Source: Eledone cirrhosa
Taxonomy: Eukaryota
NCBI GenBank assembly: GCA_964016885.1
Contig: OZ024742.1
Span: 293,570,001 to 293,634,000, forward strand
Reading direction: 5' to 3'
DNA length: 64,000 nt
Numbering within the stretch: position 1 is the stretch's first letter; each line of letters starts with the position of its first letter. Below, piece by piece: positions 13,669-26,129 of this stretch. The notes below the pieces were generated by a model, which was not told the DNA's origin, did no database searches, and saw nothing but the letters and a program-made list of their open reading frames with translations. A program made the position numbers and the translations under genes.

Positions 13669-15841
13669 TAGGAACTGAGGGTCGCATGGTAAATATCCAA
13701 GTTAATACTACATCAGTAAAATTAACAATAATAACGTCATGAAAAAGCTACTAAGAGAAACCCTCGAAAATTTATCGCTAATACAGCAGGGAAAATTTAA
13801 CGCTAATACAGCAGGGAACATCATAATATTAACGACATGAAAAAGCTACTAAGAGAAACCCTCGAAAATTTATCGCTAATACAGCAGGGAAAATTTAACG
13901 CTAATACAGCAGGGAACATCATAATATTAACGACATGAAAAAGCTACTAAGAGAAACCCTCGAAAATTTATCGCTAATACAGCAGGGAAAATTTAACGCT
14001 AATACAGCAGGGAACATCATAATATTAACGACAATATGTAGGCTAAAATACCTTCGTAGATTAGGTGGATGGCTGGCTGGGAAAATTTGAATCAGCTCTA
14101 GTGGTACATTTTAGCAGAGAAGAATGGCAAAGTGTCTTATCTCTTCAATTTATCTCTTCAATATTTTCAGATTGAATGAATTAGGTTAAAGACAGGGTAG
14201 TAAGCCTTAAAGAAGTGCATAGAGGGGGGGGGGGGGGGGTAGGAACTGAGAGAGATACAATAGGATTAGAATACCGCATGGTAAATATCCAAGTTAATAA
14301 GTTAATACTACATCAGTAAAATTAACAATAATAACGTCATGAAAAGCTACTAAGAGAAACCCTCGAAAATTTAGGAACTGAGGGTCGCATGGTAAATATC
14401 CAAGTTAATACTACATCAGTAAAATTAACAATAATAACGTCATGAAAAAAGCTACTAAGAGAAACCCTCGAAAATTTATCGCTAATACAGCAGGGAAAAT
14501 TTAACGCTAATACAGCAGGGAACATCATAATATTAACGACATGAAAAAGCTACTAAGAGAAACCCTCGAAAATTTATCGCTAATACAGCAGGGAAAATTT
14601 AACGCTAATACAGCAGGGAACATCATAATATTAACGACATGAAAAAGCTACTAAGAGAAACCCTCGAAAATTTATCGCTAATACAGCAGGGAAAATTTAA
14701 CGCTAATACAGCAGGGAACATCATAATATTAACGACAATATGTAGGCTAAAATACCTTCGTAGATTAGGTGGATGGCTGGCTGGGAAAATTTGAATCAGC
14801 TCTAGTGGTACATTTTAGCAGAGAAGAATGGCAAAGTGTCTTATCTCTTCAATATTTTCAGATTGAATGAATTAGGTTAAAGACAGGGTAGTAAGCCTTA
14901 AAGAAGTGCATAGAGGGGGGGGGGGGGGTAGGAACTGAGAGAGATACAATAGGATTAGAATACCGCATGGTAAATATCCAAGTTAATAAGTTAATACTAC
15001 ATCAGTAAAATTAACAATAATAACGTCATGAAAAGCTACTAAGAGAAACCCTCGAAAATTTAGGAACTGAGGGTCGCATGGTAAATATCCAAGTTAATAC
15101 TACATCAGTAAAATTAACAATAATAACGTCATGAAAAAAGCTACTAAGAGAAACCCTCGAAAATTTATCGCTAATACAGCAGGGAAAATTTAACGCTAAT
15201 ACAGCAGGGAACATCATAATATTAACGACATGAAAAAGCTACTAAGAGAAACCCTCGAAAATTTATCGCTAATACAGCAGGGAAAATTTAACGCTAATAC
15301 AGCAGGGAACATCATAATATTAACGACATGAAAAAGCTACTAAGAGAAACCCTCGAAAATTTATCGCTAATACAGCAGGGAAAATTTAACGCTAATACAG
15401 CAGGGAACATCATAATATTAACGACATGAAAAAGCTACTAAGAGAAACCCTCGAAAATTTATCGCTAATACAGCAGGGAAAATTTAACGCTAATACAGCA
15501 GGGAACATCATAATATTAACGACAATATGTAGGCTAAAATACCTTCGTAGATTAGGTGGATGGCTGGCTGGGAAAATTTGAATCAGCTCTAGTGGTACAT
15601 TTTAGCAGAGAAGAATGGCAAAGTGTCTTATCTCTTCAATATTTTCAGATTGAATGAATTAGGTTAAAGACAGGGTAGTAAGCCTTAAAGAAGTGCATAG
15701 AGGGGGGGGGAGTAGGAACTGAGAGAGATACAATAGGATTAGAATACCGCATGGTAAATATCCAAGTTAATAAGTTAATACTACATCAGTAAAATTAACA
15801 ATAATAACGTCATGAAAAGCTACTAAGAGAAACCCTCGAAT
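13669..15841. repeat. Higher-order tandem array: three ~690-780-bp units, each holding 3-4 copies of a 98-bp monomer
   Basis: TAGGAACTGAGGGTCGCATGG recurs at about 13669, 14372 and 15061. The monomer CATGAAAAAGCTACTAAGAGAAACCCTCG... recurs at 13738, 13836, 13934 and onward. Confidence 0.93.
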
Positions 15842-16512
15842 AAAACCCTATTGAATAAAACTAATAATGATAATAATAATACTTTTTGTTCAACAAATAT
15901 CCTTTCCAAATTATTTAGTTTCTATTTGTACTTTATATGATGGCTATAAAACATCCATACCTGAAATAAATATCTGTAAAACTATATTTACAATAACCAA
16001 CCAAAGCTTTGCTTCAGAAATAGTCGCCAAAACCTAAAGATCAATGTAATAATAATAATAATATAATAATATAATAATATAATAATATAGCCAATTTTCA
16101 ATATGATTTGTCAGTGTGATCTGGTTCACTTGCCGCTATAGTACATATAGTACAGGAACTGGATTGAAATATAGAAGTTGGCAAAGTTGAATTTAGCTGC
16201 TATGTTTGGTACATCAAGGTGGTTCACTTGCCACTATAGTACATATAGTATAGTAACTGAATTGAAATATAGAGGTCAGCAAAGTTTAACTTAGCTGCTA
16301 TGTTTGGTATATCAAGTAAGAAATAGTAGCCTGATTCACTTGCCAAGGAACTGGATTCAAATATATATAGAAATCAGAAGAGTTGGCTGCTGTGTTTGAT
16401 ACATTACATAAAGAATAGCAGCCTGTGGTTTAATGGTTGGGTGTTTGGCACACAATAGTGTATTGTTTAATACTATTAAAAAGCTTTAAAAAGAAAATCA
16501 AAGGTTACTTAC

Positions 16513-16632
16513 ATTTTGCCGTTCCCCAGTAATTTGAGCCAGACAAACCATCTCCCTACCAAAGTGACTGAATGCTTCCATAAAATCAGTGAAATTTGAA
16601 ACACGTTCTAATTTCACCAAACTGGCCAAAAC
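16513..16632 (-). CDS. CTNNAL1: Next internal coding exon of alpha-catulin
   Basis: Acceptor ttcaacag| (CAG at 16635-16633) and donor |GTAAGT (16512-16507). 120 nt, phase 0-0. Translates VLASLVKLERVSNFTDFMEAFSHFGREMVCLAQITGERQN, which continues the previous exon in frame and resembles, from memory, human catulin 'VLATMERLEKVNSFQEFVQIFSQFGNEMVEFAHLSGDRQN'. Confidence 0.92.
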
Positions 16633-17146
16633 CTGTTGAAAAATAGAAGCAAATTTAGAGGGTTTGATAGATTTGTACAATACTGTCATGACAAATAAGA
16701 ATATAAACAGTGATATTTTCTACAAGAAAAATATCAACAGTGGTATTAACTGGGTATTTAAGTAAAATTGTATTGCGTAAACATATTTTATTTTTATTTG
16801 ATTAAACATACAGTAAAAGAGAGTAGTATTGGAAAGGGGACTATAAATAAGAGGAAAAGGTGGGGAAGAACAAGGACTACTAGACAAAGGAAGAAAGACA
16901 GGGGGGAAAGGTGAGTGAGACAGACACTACTAGGTCAGAGCAGTGTTTCAGCTGCACCCAGTGGACAAAATGGCAAAAGTATTTCCACAGACAATGACCA
17001 GTAACACACACTGCAACAGCTACCTTACTTCATGAGGCTCCTTCCTCAGATGGGCTGCTATCAATCCAATTTTTTGGAGGAAGTCAGCATGCTTATTTTA
17101 TATAGAGTAATACATGGTTTGTGATTACTATTACAACAATTATTAA

Positions 17147-17915
17147 GGGTGGTGGATTGGCAATATCGGTAGAGCGTCGAACACCATGCTTCACAGCATA
17201 GAGTTACAGCCGCTTACATTCTGATTTCAAATCCTGCCGAGGTTGGCTTTGCTTTTCATCTTTACGGGGTCAATAAAATAAAGTACCAGTCACACCTGTG
17301 GTATTTTGTTCACCACTTTACTTCTGAGTTCAAATCCAGCCAAAGTTAACTTTGCCTTTCATCCTTCTGATGTCAATAAAATAAAGTACCAGCACTGGGA
17401 GCAATTTAATCTACTTTCCCCCTCAACACAGGTTGTGCCTAAATTAGAAATTACAAATTATTATTATCGGTGGATTGGCAGTATCAGTAGAGGGTCGGAC
17501 GCCATGCTTTGGCACAGAGTTACAACCCTTGCCATTCTGAGTTCAAATCCCGCCGAGGTTAACTTTGCCTTTCATCCTTATGGGGTCGATAAAATAAAGT
17601 ACCAGTAATGCACTGGGTATTTGCTGGCCTTGTGCCAAAAGTAGAAACAATTATTATTATTGTCATCGTCGGTGTGATCATCATCATCATCATCAGGGCG
17701 GTGGATTGGCAGAATTGGTAGAGCATCAGACAACATGCTTAGTGGCATAGAATTACGGCCCTTTGGATTCTGAGTTCAAATCCCGCCAAGGCTAGCTTTG
17801 CTATTCATCCTTAACGGGTCGATAAAATAAAGTACCGGTCATGCACTGGGGTCAATTTAAACGACTTTCCTCTCCCCCAAATATATTGGCATTGTGACTA
17901 AATCAGAAACAATTA
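17147..17915 (+). mobile_element. Cluster of four head-to-tail copies of the second SINE family
   Basis: The core TTTCATCC...ATAAAATAAAGTACC recurs near 17250, 17355, 17567 and 17800. Further fragments at 20958-21100, 60842-60903 and 63985-64000. Confidence 0.82.
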
Positions 17916-19010
17916 TTATTATCATCATCATCATCCATATCAACAGTGTATAGAGCATAGGCAGAGTTTGACAAATGTTGATGCATATAGTGCAAATTTT
18001 GGGGTAAAAATGTGCACCAAAAAATATGGTGTATATTTTCCTGTTACCATTGTATTTCAGTGTACTGAATACCAAAAATATTTAACTTGGAAGAAATGAC
18101 ATGTCTTAAAGTTGAAAGAGGAAGAAATGTTTTATATTTCATAAATGTAGAAGAAAGAACTGAGGTGTTCTATTAATTCTCATTTTTTTAATATATAATC
18201 TGATAAGATCACATACTAAAAGTGACAAATTCGAAATAGTTTGATTGGTCCATCCATTTTACTTTTTTGATAGGAAGAAGCTATTTCAGAGTAATAATAA
18301 TTACAATTCAAATGTAGAATCAAAATTAATCTATTTATGCCAGACTAATAATGATAATAAAAATCGAATTCTAATCACATATATGTATTTCAATCATAAT
18401 TGGATCTCTTCAGGGTGGTGTCAAAGTTTACATTATTTATGAAAATCAAGATAGTTTTTGAATGAGAGACACATGAATATATTGTCTTTTCATTCTTTTT
18501 GATTTGTTCTAAAGTGGAAATTTTGAAACTGATACAGAGCATTTCATTTTGTTGTTACTAAAAATATATAATATAACTATTATTGATTATATTATGTTAA
18601 TATAATAGTTTTATATGTATAATATATTGGTTATATCATGTATAATCTTATATAACTATTACTAGAGAAAATTTCATAGTATTTTCAGGGTATGTCAGGT
18701 AGGAAGATTCCATTTCTCTCCATGGAATTATTGACATGAATCAGAAGCCACTGTACTGAAGTATCAGTAAGATAAAATTGCAATAAATTAAACCAACATA
18801 TGAATTTAGTTCGCAAATTATTCTAAACAAATTCCTATTTCTAGAATGTTACATTCAATCAGCTAATTCCATCTGAGGTGTTGTTAAGAGGAAATTGTTT
18901 AACCAATAATGAATTTAGATTGCAAATAATTCTAAATAATTTCCTAATTATCTTCAGCTCTCTTGATACCAGCTTGCCTAAAACAAAACTGTTCATTATA
19001 AAGTGCTTAT

Positions 19011-19111
19011 ACAGGATGTCCTCCAAAAATGTATACATACTTCAACTCAATTCTAATAAATATTGCCTGTACAAGTAATCAAAATGTGTATATATTTTTC
19101 GGGACACCCTG
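19011..19111. mobile_element. Tc1/mariner-type MITE
   Basis: TA|CAGGATGTCCTCCAAAAATGTATACA ... TGTATATATTTTTCGGGACACCCTG|TA. Confidence 0.75.
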
Positions 19112-19369
19112 TATTTAAATCTAAACCTTTTATCATAATTTTATGAAAGGCCCTTTTGTTCTAAACACTAGCTTAACAAAGGAGAAGTTATTTATTTATT
19201 AAACCCTTCAACCTTCTTGATTATTTAAAAAAATTAATTGAAACATATGTACAAATCTTTTCATGAAACATATGCTAACTAAAAGATTAAAATATACATA
19301 GAGACAAATGTCAGAAATTCTGAAAATTTAGAATAACATATCCATAATAATGAAAAGATGGTTTTAGCT

Positions 19370-19735
19370 AATCATGCCGATTGAAAGAATACGATCGCAA
19401 ATACTAGCAGCCAAAAATGGAGTTTCTCTGAAGGGTCTTTGGAGTAACATTACTCGACAGAAAGTGTAGCTTGGAGATCAAAGATTCAGTCCAGATAGAG
19501 TCACTACTTCACGGAATTGAGAGATCACAGCTCCGATACTATGGGCATGTGGTTAAAATGTCTCAGGAAAGAATCGCTGGACAGATTTTACAGGTAAAAC
19601 CAACTGGCAAGAGACCCAGAGGTAAACCCCAAGCAAAGTGGTTGGATAACATCCATGAGCTCAGCTGGATCAGTTGCAAATTGTTGCTTCTGACAGAACC
19701 CTCTCAGGAATAAGTGGGTGAAGAAGATGATGCTG
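19370..19735 (+). mobile_element. Old RTE LINE 3' fragment from a third family; relatives near 2740-2920, 39130-39290, 40050-40285, 44440-44830, 60908-61180, 63200-63310
   Basis: Translation 'IERSQLRYYGHVVKMSQERIAGQILQVKPTGKRPRGKPQAKWLDNI' is a typical RTE C-terminus. Confidence 0.75.
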
Positions 19736-20150
19736 ATTGAATGCTACATTCAATCAACTAGTTTCATGCTATATGCCTATTGTGACAGAACTAACCTAAC
19801 AAGGAAATTACCTCGCAACAAGAGAACTATGTGTCTCTCTGTGTACAAAAGATAAATTATATGAGGTGTAAGAAGTGAGATGATATATATATATATATGG
19901 CAATAGAAGATGGGCAGTAAACATAGAATATGTAATGTTAACTCATAAGTGTATTAGGCAACTGGGGATTGAAAGTATTGACAGATGCATGCAGGATATG
20001 TATGAAACTTTTGATGTAAATGGATGGCATGCAGGATATGTATGAAACTTTTGATGTAAATGGATGGCATGCCCTAGGTGATCAGAAGGTGTCAGGAATT
20101 GTTGTTGAAAGGTAGCCATGTTAAAATGACTTGGGAAGAATTGAAATTAA

Positions 20151-20359
20151 CCCTTTAGCATTTAAATCAGTCGTATTCAGCCAGAATTCCTCTTTCTGTT
20201 CAAACCAGTCATAACTGGTCCCTCATACTGACTTTAAGGTATTGTTCTCAAAATAATATCAAAATCTCAGATTCGATATCATGTGAGATAATTATGTGAG
20301 ATAAAGCCTTTTTTGTGACAATACAATCGCAAATATAGAGTAATGTAAATGCTAAAGGG
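20151..20359. mobile_element. piggyBac-type MITE
   Basis: TTAA|CCCTTTAGCATTTA ... TAAATGCTAAAGGG|TTAA. Confidence 0.85.
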
Positions 20360-21831
20360 TTAATGAGAGTGTATCAATCAATTAACTCTTAATATTCAAT
20401 GATTTAGCAGAAAATATCTAAAAGCAAGTTTGTTCATTCAAATGTTTATAGTATTTTTACTAGTGAACACATAATTGTGAAATTTGCAATATTTAATCCA
20501 ACCTCTCTTTCATCACCCTAACTGATTTTAGGGTGGCAGCCTAAATTTTGGAATTTGTAGGAAGAAGAATGGTTTTGGAGCATGGTGTTGGTGTTAGCTT
20601 TCTGTGTCTGAAATGAAGAAGAAGGTTTGGGCAGCCACCCAGGATACATTTGAAGGGTTCATGAGCATAATGAATTCTTCTGGCTTTTAACCAAACCGCC
20701 ATTTATTGCACCATGATGCTTATTATATTTTGTTGTTTTACTGTTGATGTTGTTTGATTTGTCAACCTGGTGTTAGTGGTGGTTTGATGGTGTGTGTTGA
20801 GGGAGCTTGAGTCAAAGGACAGCTGAGCCACATATTTGAGAGCTTCCTAGAAGATTCATTGAATGAATGTTAGGGTTTATATTATTAATATTATTAGTTA
20901 GAAGATAAAAGGCGAAATATTTATCCACTCGGGGTGAGAAGAAACCTTGGTGGGATTTCTAAGTTCAAATCACGCCAAGGTTAGCTTTGCCTTTCATCCT
21001 TACAGGGTTTATAAAATAAAGCACAAGTAATGCACTGGGGTCAAATTAATCAACTTTCTCCTCCCCCAATTTGCTGGCCTTGTGCTTATAGTAGAAATCA
21101 TTATTAGTTAGACGATATTAACAGTAAGTCAATTAGCTGAGAAATAATAATGAAATAAGTGGTTTTAAGCTACCAGAAGACCATTTTAGATTCACATACA
21201 GTTTTACAGCAAATCAATAGATGAATTGGTTGGAAAAGTCTGGCTGAAAGAGATATGGCTCTTTGAGTATATGTGTGTGTGTATATATATATATATGCAT
21301 ATATATATATATAGTTAGGCAAGGCTATAAGAAAATATTCACTATATTCTCGATTGCTCCCATTACTCACTTGATGAAACAAAATTTGAATGTACAACTG
21401 TGCAAAGCTATCCCAGAGTGCTTACAATACGTTATTCATAATGGGGGGGGGGGGGGGGGGCAGTTGTAGGAGAGAGAATGACAAGCTAAAAAGAGAGAGC
21501 GAGAGCTGTCTATTTGAAACACTTTTTATATGCACATACATACATACATACACACATACATACACACATCATATATACATACATACACATGTACATATGC
21601 ACATCATATATACATACATACACACATCATATATACATACATACATAGATACATATGCACATCATATATACATACATACACATGTACATATGCACACACA
21701 GATACATATAATATTACTGTAGATATAAAGGAAATTGTTTAGAATTGATATTAGCAACATCGTAAAAGGACCTTCATACAATTTTCAGTTCCATCACATA
21801 TTTATTACATTGTCTATATAAAGCATAAGAA

Positions 21832-21949
<118 letters not shown>

Positions 21950-22035
21950 ACCTGCCAGTATGTGTGTGTATGTATGTGTGCCCGACACAGAGTATGTGTA
22001 TTGGTAAATACATCTCCAATGAATATATATATATT

Positions 22036-24662
22036 CTTGATCACCTATAGATCAGGGGAACACGCCAGCCAGATAGATTATATCCTTACTAGAAGACGGG
22101 ACAAAATGTCTGTTGTAAACACTAAATCCCTCCCCCGTGAAGAATGCACCTCCCAACATAGCCTAGTAGTTAGTGACCTCATAGTCAGGAATTGACGTAC
22201 TCGACGACAGAAGAGGCCTACCTTGAGGAGAAGAATATGGAAGTTGAAGGACCCCATAGCCAGTGACAAATTTAAAAGCTTATTACTTGATACCTTTAAC
22301 AATAAGGAAGAGCAATTAGAGACGTGCGATATAGAGGAACAGTGGAAATTCTTGAAAGTGAACCTGCTGAAAGCAATGGATGAAGTCTGTGGCTGGAGCA
22401 GAGTAACTTGGTGGTGGAACAGTAAGGTGGAAGAGACAACCAAGGCTAAAAAGCAGGCTTGGAAAGTATGGCAGGATGGGGGAAGTAGAGAGCACTATCA
22501 AGTGGCCAGGAGAGAAGCTAGGAGACAAGTGTACCTTGCAAAAAGGCTAGCAGAGGATAGAAAGTTCAAGCATGTTCTACAACGTGAGGACCAAAAACGT
22601 GAGGTGTTCAAGATTGCTAGACAATGTGTCAAGGAAAACCGTGATATTGTCGGGGAGAAGTGTGTCCGTAATGATAATGGTGTACTTGCGCTCACTGATA
22701 CTGATAAGAAGATAGCTTGGAAGTGTCACTACGAGAGACTATTAAATGAGGAGAATAAATGGGAAAAAGATAGTCTGCCCCAAATCGATCCAATAGAAGG
22801 ACCAGTGGTGCAAGTTAAAGGTAGTATAATAAGTAAGGCAATCAAAGATATGAAGACAGGCAAGGCAGCTGGGCCTTCGGAGATAGTTGCTGAGATGTTG
22901 AAGGCATCTGGTATGGTGGGACACACTATGGTCACCTGTATAGTTAATCAAGTAATACAGAATGGGGTCATACCGAAAGACTGGCGTAGCAGAATCATCA
23001 TTAACTGCTACAAGGGTAAAGGGGATGCTCTAGATAGGGGAAACTATAGAGGCATTAAGTTAGTTGACCAGGTCATGAAGGTCACAGAAAGAGTTATAGC
23101 GCAACTAATCAGAGAGCGAATTGATCTAGATGAAATGCAGTTTGGGTTTGTGTCAGGTAAAAGTACCACAGACACTCTTTTCCTTGTACGACAACTACAA
23201 GAGAAGTACCTAGCTAAAAGTAAACCCCTCTACTTAGCTTTTGTAGACCTGGAGAAAGCTTTTGACAGAGTCCCCCGCCCCATTATCTGGTGGGCTCTTA
23301 GAAAACTAGGTGTAGATGAATGGCTTGTGAGAGCTATACAAGCTATGTATAATGAAACAGTCAGTAAGGTTAGAATTAACAATGAATATTGTGAAGAATT
23401 TAGTGTAAAAGTTGGCGTTCATCAAGGCTCTGTACTTAGCCCCCTCTTACTTATTATTGCCCTTCAGGCTATAACAGAGGAGTTCAAGACCGGCTGCCCA
23501 TGGGAACTCCTATACGCAGATGATCTAACGCTCATAGCTGAATCAATGGCTGAACTAGAGAAGAAATTCGAAACATGGAAGCATGGCCTAGAATCAAAAG
23601 GCCTTAATGTTAACTTGTCTAAGACTAAAGTTCTAGTTTGTAGAAAGGAAAATAGGGCACAGGTGCCCTCAGGGAAATGGCCATGCTCAGTGTGTAGGAA
23701 AGGAGTAGGCAGAAATTCCATTTTATGTCCCAAACGCAAAGTATGGGTACATAAAAGATGTAGTGGGATCACAGGTAAACTATCTAAGAACGTAGACTTT
23801 ATATGTGGCCAATGCTCAGGTGCAATAAGTAGCAAGTGTCCAAAGGATACTAGCTCCTTCTATTGCCCAGATGGTTCTATAGAAATAGACACTTTCCGTT
23901 ACCTGGGTGACGAAATCAGCAGTGGTGGAGGGTGTTCTAAAAGTACAGTAGCCAGAGTCAGAACGGGATGGAAAAAGTTCAGAGAGCTTATACCGCTGTT
24001 GGCCACAAAAGGTTTCTCTCTAAAAATGAAAGGCAGATTGTATGATGCTTGTATACGAACAGCAATGCTACATGGCAGTGAGACATGGGCATTACGTGCA
24101 GAGGACCTGCGTAGACTGGAAAGGAACAAAGCATGCATGCTCCGTTGGATGTGTAATAGTAATATACGTGAACGGCAAAGCATAAATGAACTAAGTGAGA
24201 AATTAGGAATAAGAGGTATCAGATGCTGTTTACTTGAGAGAAGACTACGTTGGTATGGCCAAAGTACAAAGCGAAACCTACAGTCAGTAGGCACCACTTA
24301 ACCAAATATACACCCCAATCCACTACCCCTACCCTATCCTCCTACTCCCACCAACACCACCCTCTCGCTGTAAAGTTGGTGCCACAACATCCAGTCCAAA
24401 TAAATGAGATAATGAGATCGAGATTGTGTAGGTGTCACAACAAAAAACACACAGTCCACGCTGTAATGTGGCCGTGTAGGTAACACGGTAAAAAGTTCCC
24501 AGTTCCACACTGTAAATGTGGTTGGTGTTAGGAAGGGCATCCAGCCGTAGAAAACCTGCCAGATAGTCCTATATGAGTGAGACACGGTCACCCGGCCAAC
24601 CTTGACTCAAATTGGGACAACTCCCGTCTAACCCATGCTAGCGTGGAAAATGAACGTTAAAC
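22036..24662 (+). mobile_element. RTE-clade LINE, family B, 5'-truncated with an internal ~200-bp deletion near 24261
   Basis: ORF 22223-24301 has RT motifs (DLEKAFD, QGSVLSP, YADD) and the PHD insert. It starts inside the APE domain. The C-terminal segment present in the copy at 29583-29785 is missing. Ends ...CCCATGCTAGCGTGGAAAATGAACGTTAAAC. Confidence 0.92.
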
Positions 24663-24663
24663 A

Positions 24664-24985
24664 TTTTACGTCTGCTTTTCCCTGCTTGCAAGGGTGGGAC
24701 GGGAACTGATTCTGGCTAGATTTCTACAGCTGGATGCCCTTCCTAACACCAACCTCATTTACAGTGAGTGCTGGGTGTTTTTTTTGCCGTGGCACCCCAC
24801 GACCACTTTGCAGTGGAATGATATGGATGCCAGTCCCTATCATCTCATTTCTACAGCTGAGTAAACTGGAGCAATGTGAAATAAAGTGTCTTGCTCAAGG
24901 TAACAACACATCACCCGGTCTGAGAATTGAACTCACAACCTTTCGATTGCAAGGCCAATGCTCTAACCACTAAGCCATGTGCCTC
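24664..24985 (-). mobile_element. tRNA-CORE SINE with the shorter alternative 3' terminus
   Basis: Same head and CORE as 1763. Tail ends CCCGTCCCACCCTTGCAAGCAGGGAAAAGCAGACGTAAAA. Confidence 0.87.
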
Positions 24986-25924
24986 ATATATATATATGTA
25001 CTTTAAATCTAATTTATTAAAAACAAAGAAAAATATAAGTGAAATAAGGATATTACAATTAGATATTAAAATATTATTAAATATATATTCAAGTAAATTT
25101 CTCCGTATAATCATATATCCATATCATTTTAAAATAGCCATAGGTGCAAAGCTTGGGGAATACAAAGCTTCATTTTGACACACAGCTAGATTTTGTAAGA
25201 TATAATTCAATCAAATTTATTATAACCATACATAACCACTTCCACTCCAACAGATATATATATACATAGTAGGTGGATCTATTTCCAGGGATAAATGAAT
25301 ATAGAAATAGATATATAAGATGCTGTTATAGCTCTGTGGTTAAAGAAGTTTGCTATACAGCTACATGGTTTTCAGTTTCAATTCACTAAATAGCACTTCG
25401 AACAAGTGTCTTTTACTATAGCTTAGCCAGATATTGTGCGGAAGATGTATGCATGTGTAGACTCAACATGGCTGAATGATTAAGAGGTTTGCTTCACAAT
25501 CATTAGATCCTGGGCTTGATCCCACTGCATGTCATTTACTTTGGCCTCAGGTTGACACATGTCTTGTGAATAAAACTGTGTAGACAGAAGAGAGGGGACC
25601 CCAAGTTCTCCTTAATCATCAGGATCCTAAGTATGAGAGTCTCAGAATAGAACAGACAGCTCCAGTCTTATGGGCTGTTGGTGTTAAGCAACTGGTCAGT
25701 GCACTCTGTAAAATGATTGGTGATTATGCTATGATAAAATGTGCCCAGTATACTCTGTAATGATTGGTGTAAGTAAGGGCATCCAGCTGTAGAAACAATG
25801 TTAAAATATGGAACTTATGTGCAAGATATGGTCCTCAGACCTGTCAAATCTTAGAATATAGCAAGCTGCCCAACCCATGCGATTGTGGAAAACTGATGTA
25901 ATATTACATAGATCTCTACTTTAA

Positions 25925-26129
25925 CCCTTTCATGATCACATCTCTGTTTTATTTAATTTGAAGGATTTACTAAAATTATTAATTATTTCATTACTAAGAT
26001 AGTAACTTAATGTCAAGTTCTTATATAACATTACGTTGGAAGATTTTAATTTAAATGAGAAACCTTTAAAATAGGTGGTTTTATTTCATAAAAACAGAGC
26101 TGGTTTTGGTCAAGTTGGTAACAAAAGGG
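25925..26129. mobile_element. Older piggyBac-type MITE family
   Basis: TTAA|CCCTTT ... AAAAGGG|TTAA. Many decayed relatives occur (near 290, 2500, 6400, 42130-42390, 44296, 53900-54200, 56800-57200). Confidence 0.65.

Larger units (their letters stand above)
10014..15841 (-). mobile_element. RTE-clade LINE, family A, near full length (APE endonuclease + RT with inserted PHD finger; repetitive 5' region; (GAT)n tail)
   Basis: Single ORF region 13423-10311: APE motifs (GTINV, VQETRW, AYAPQ, AGDFNGH, SQH) then RT motifs (FVDLEKAFDRV, GVHQGSVLSP, YADD, FCYLG). 3' UTR ends ...GGACGTAAAACGGTGATGATGAT. The 5' boundary assumes the tandem array at 13669-15841 belongs to the element. Confidence 0.9.
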
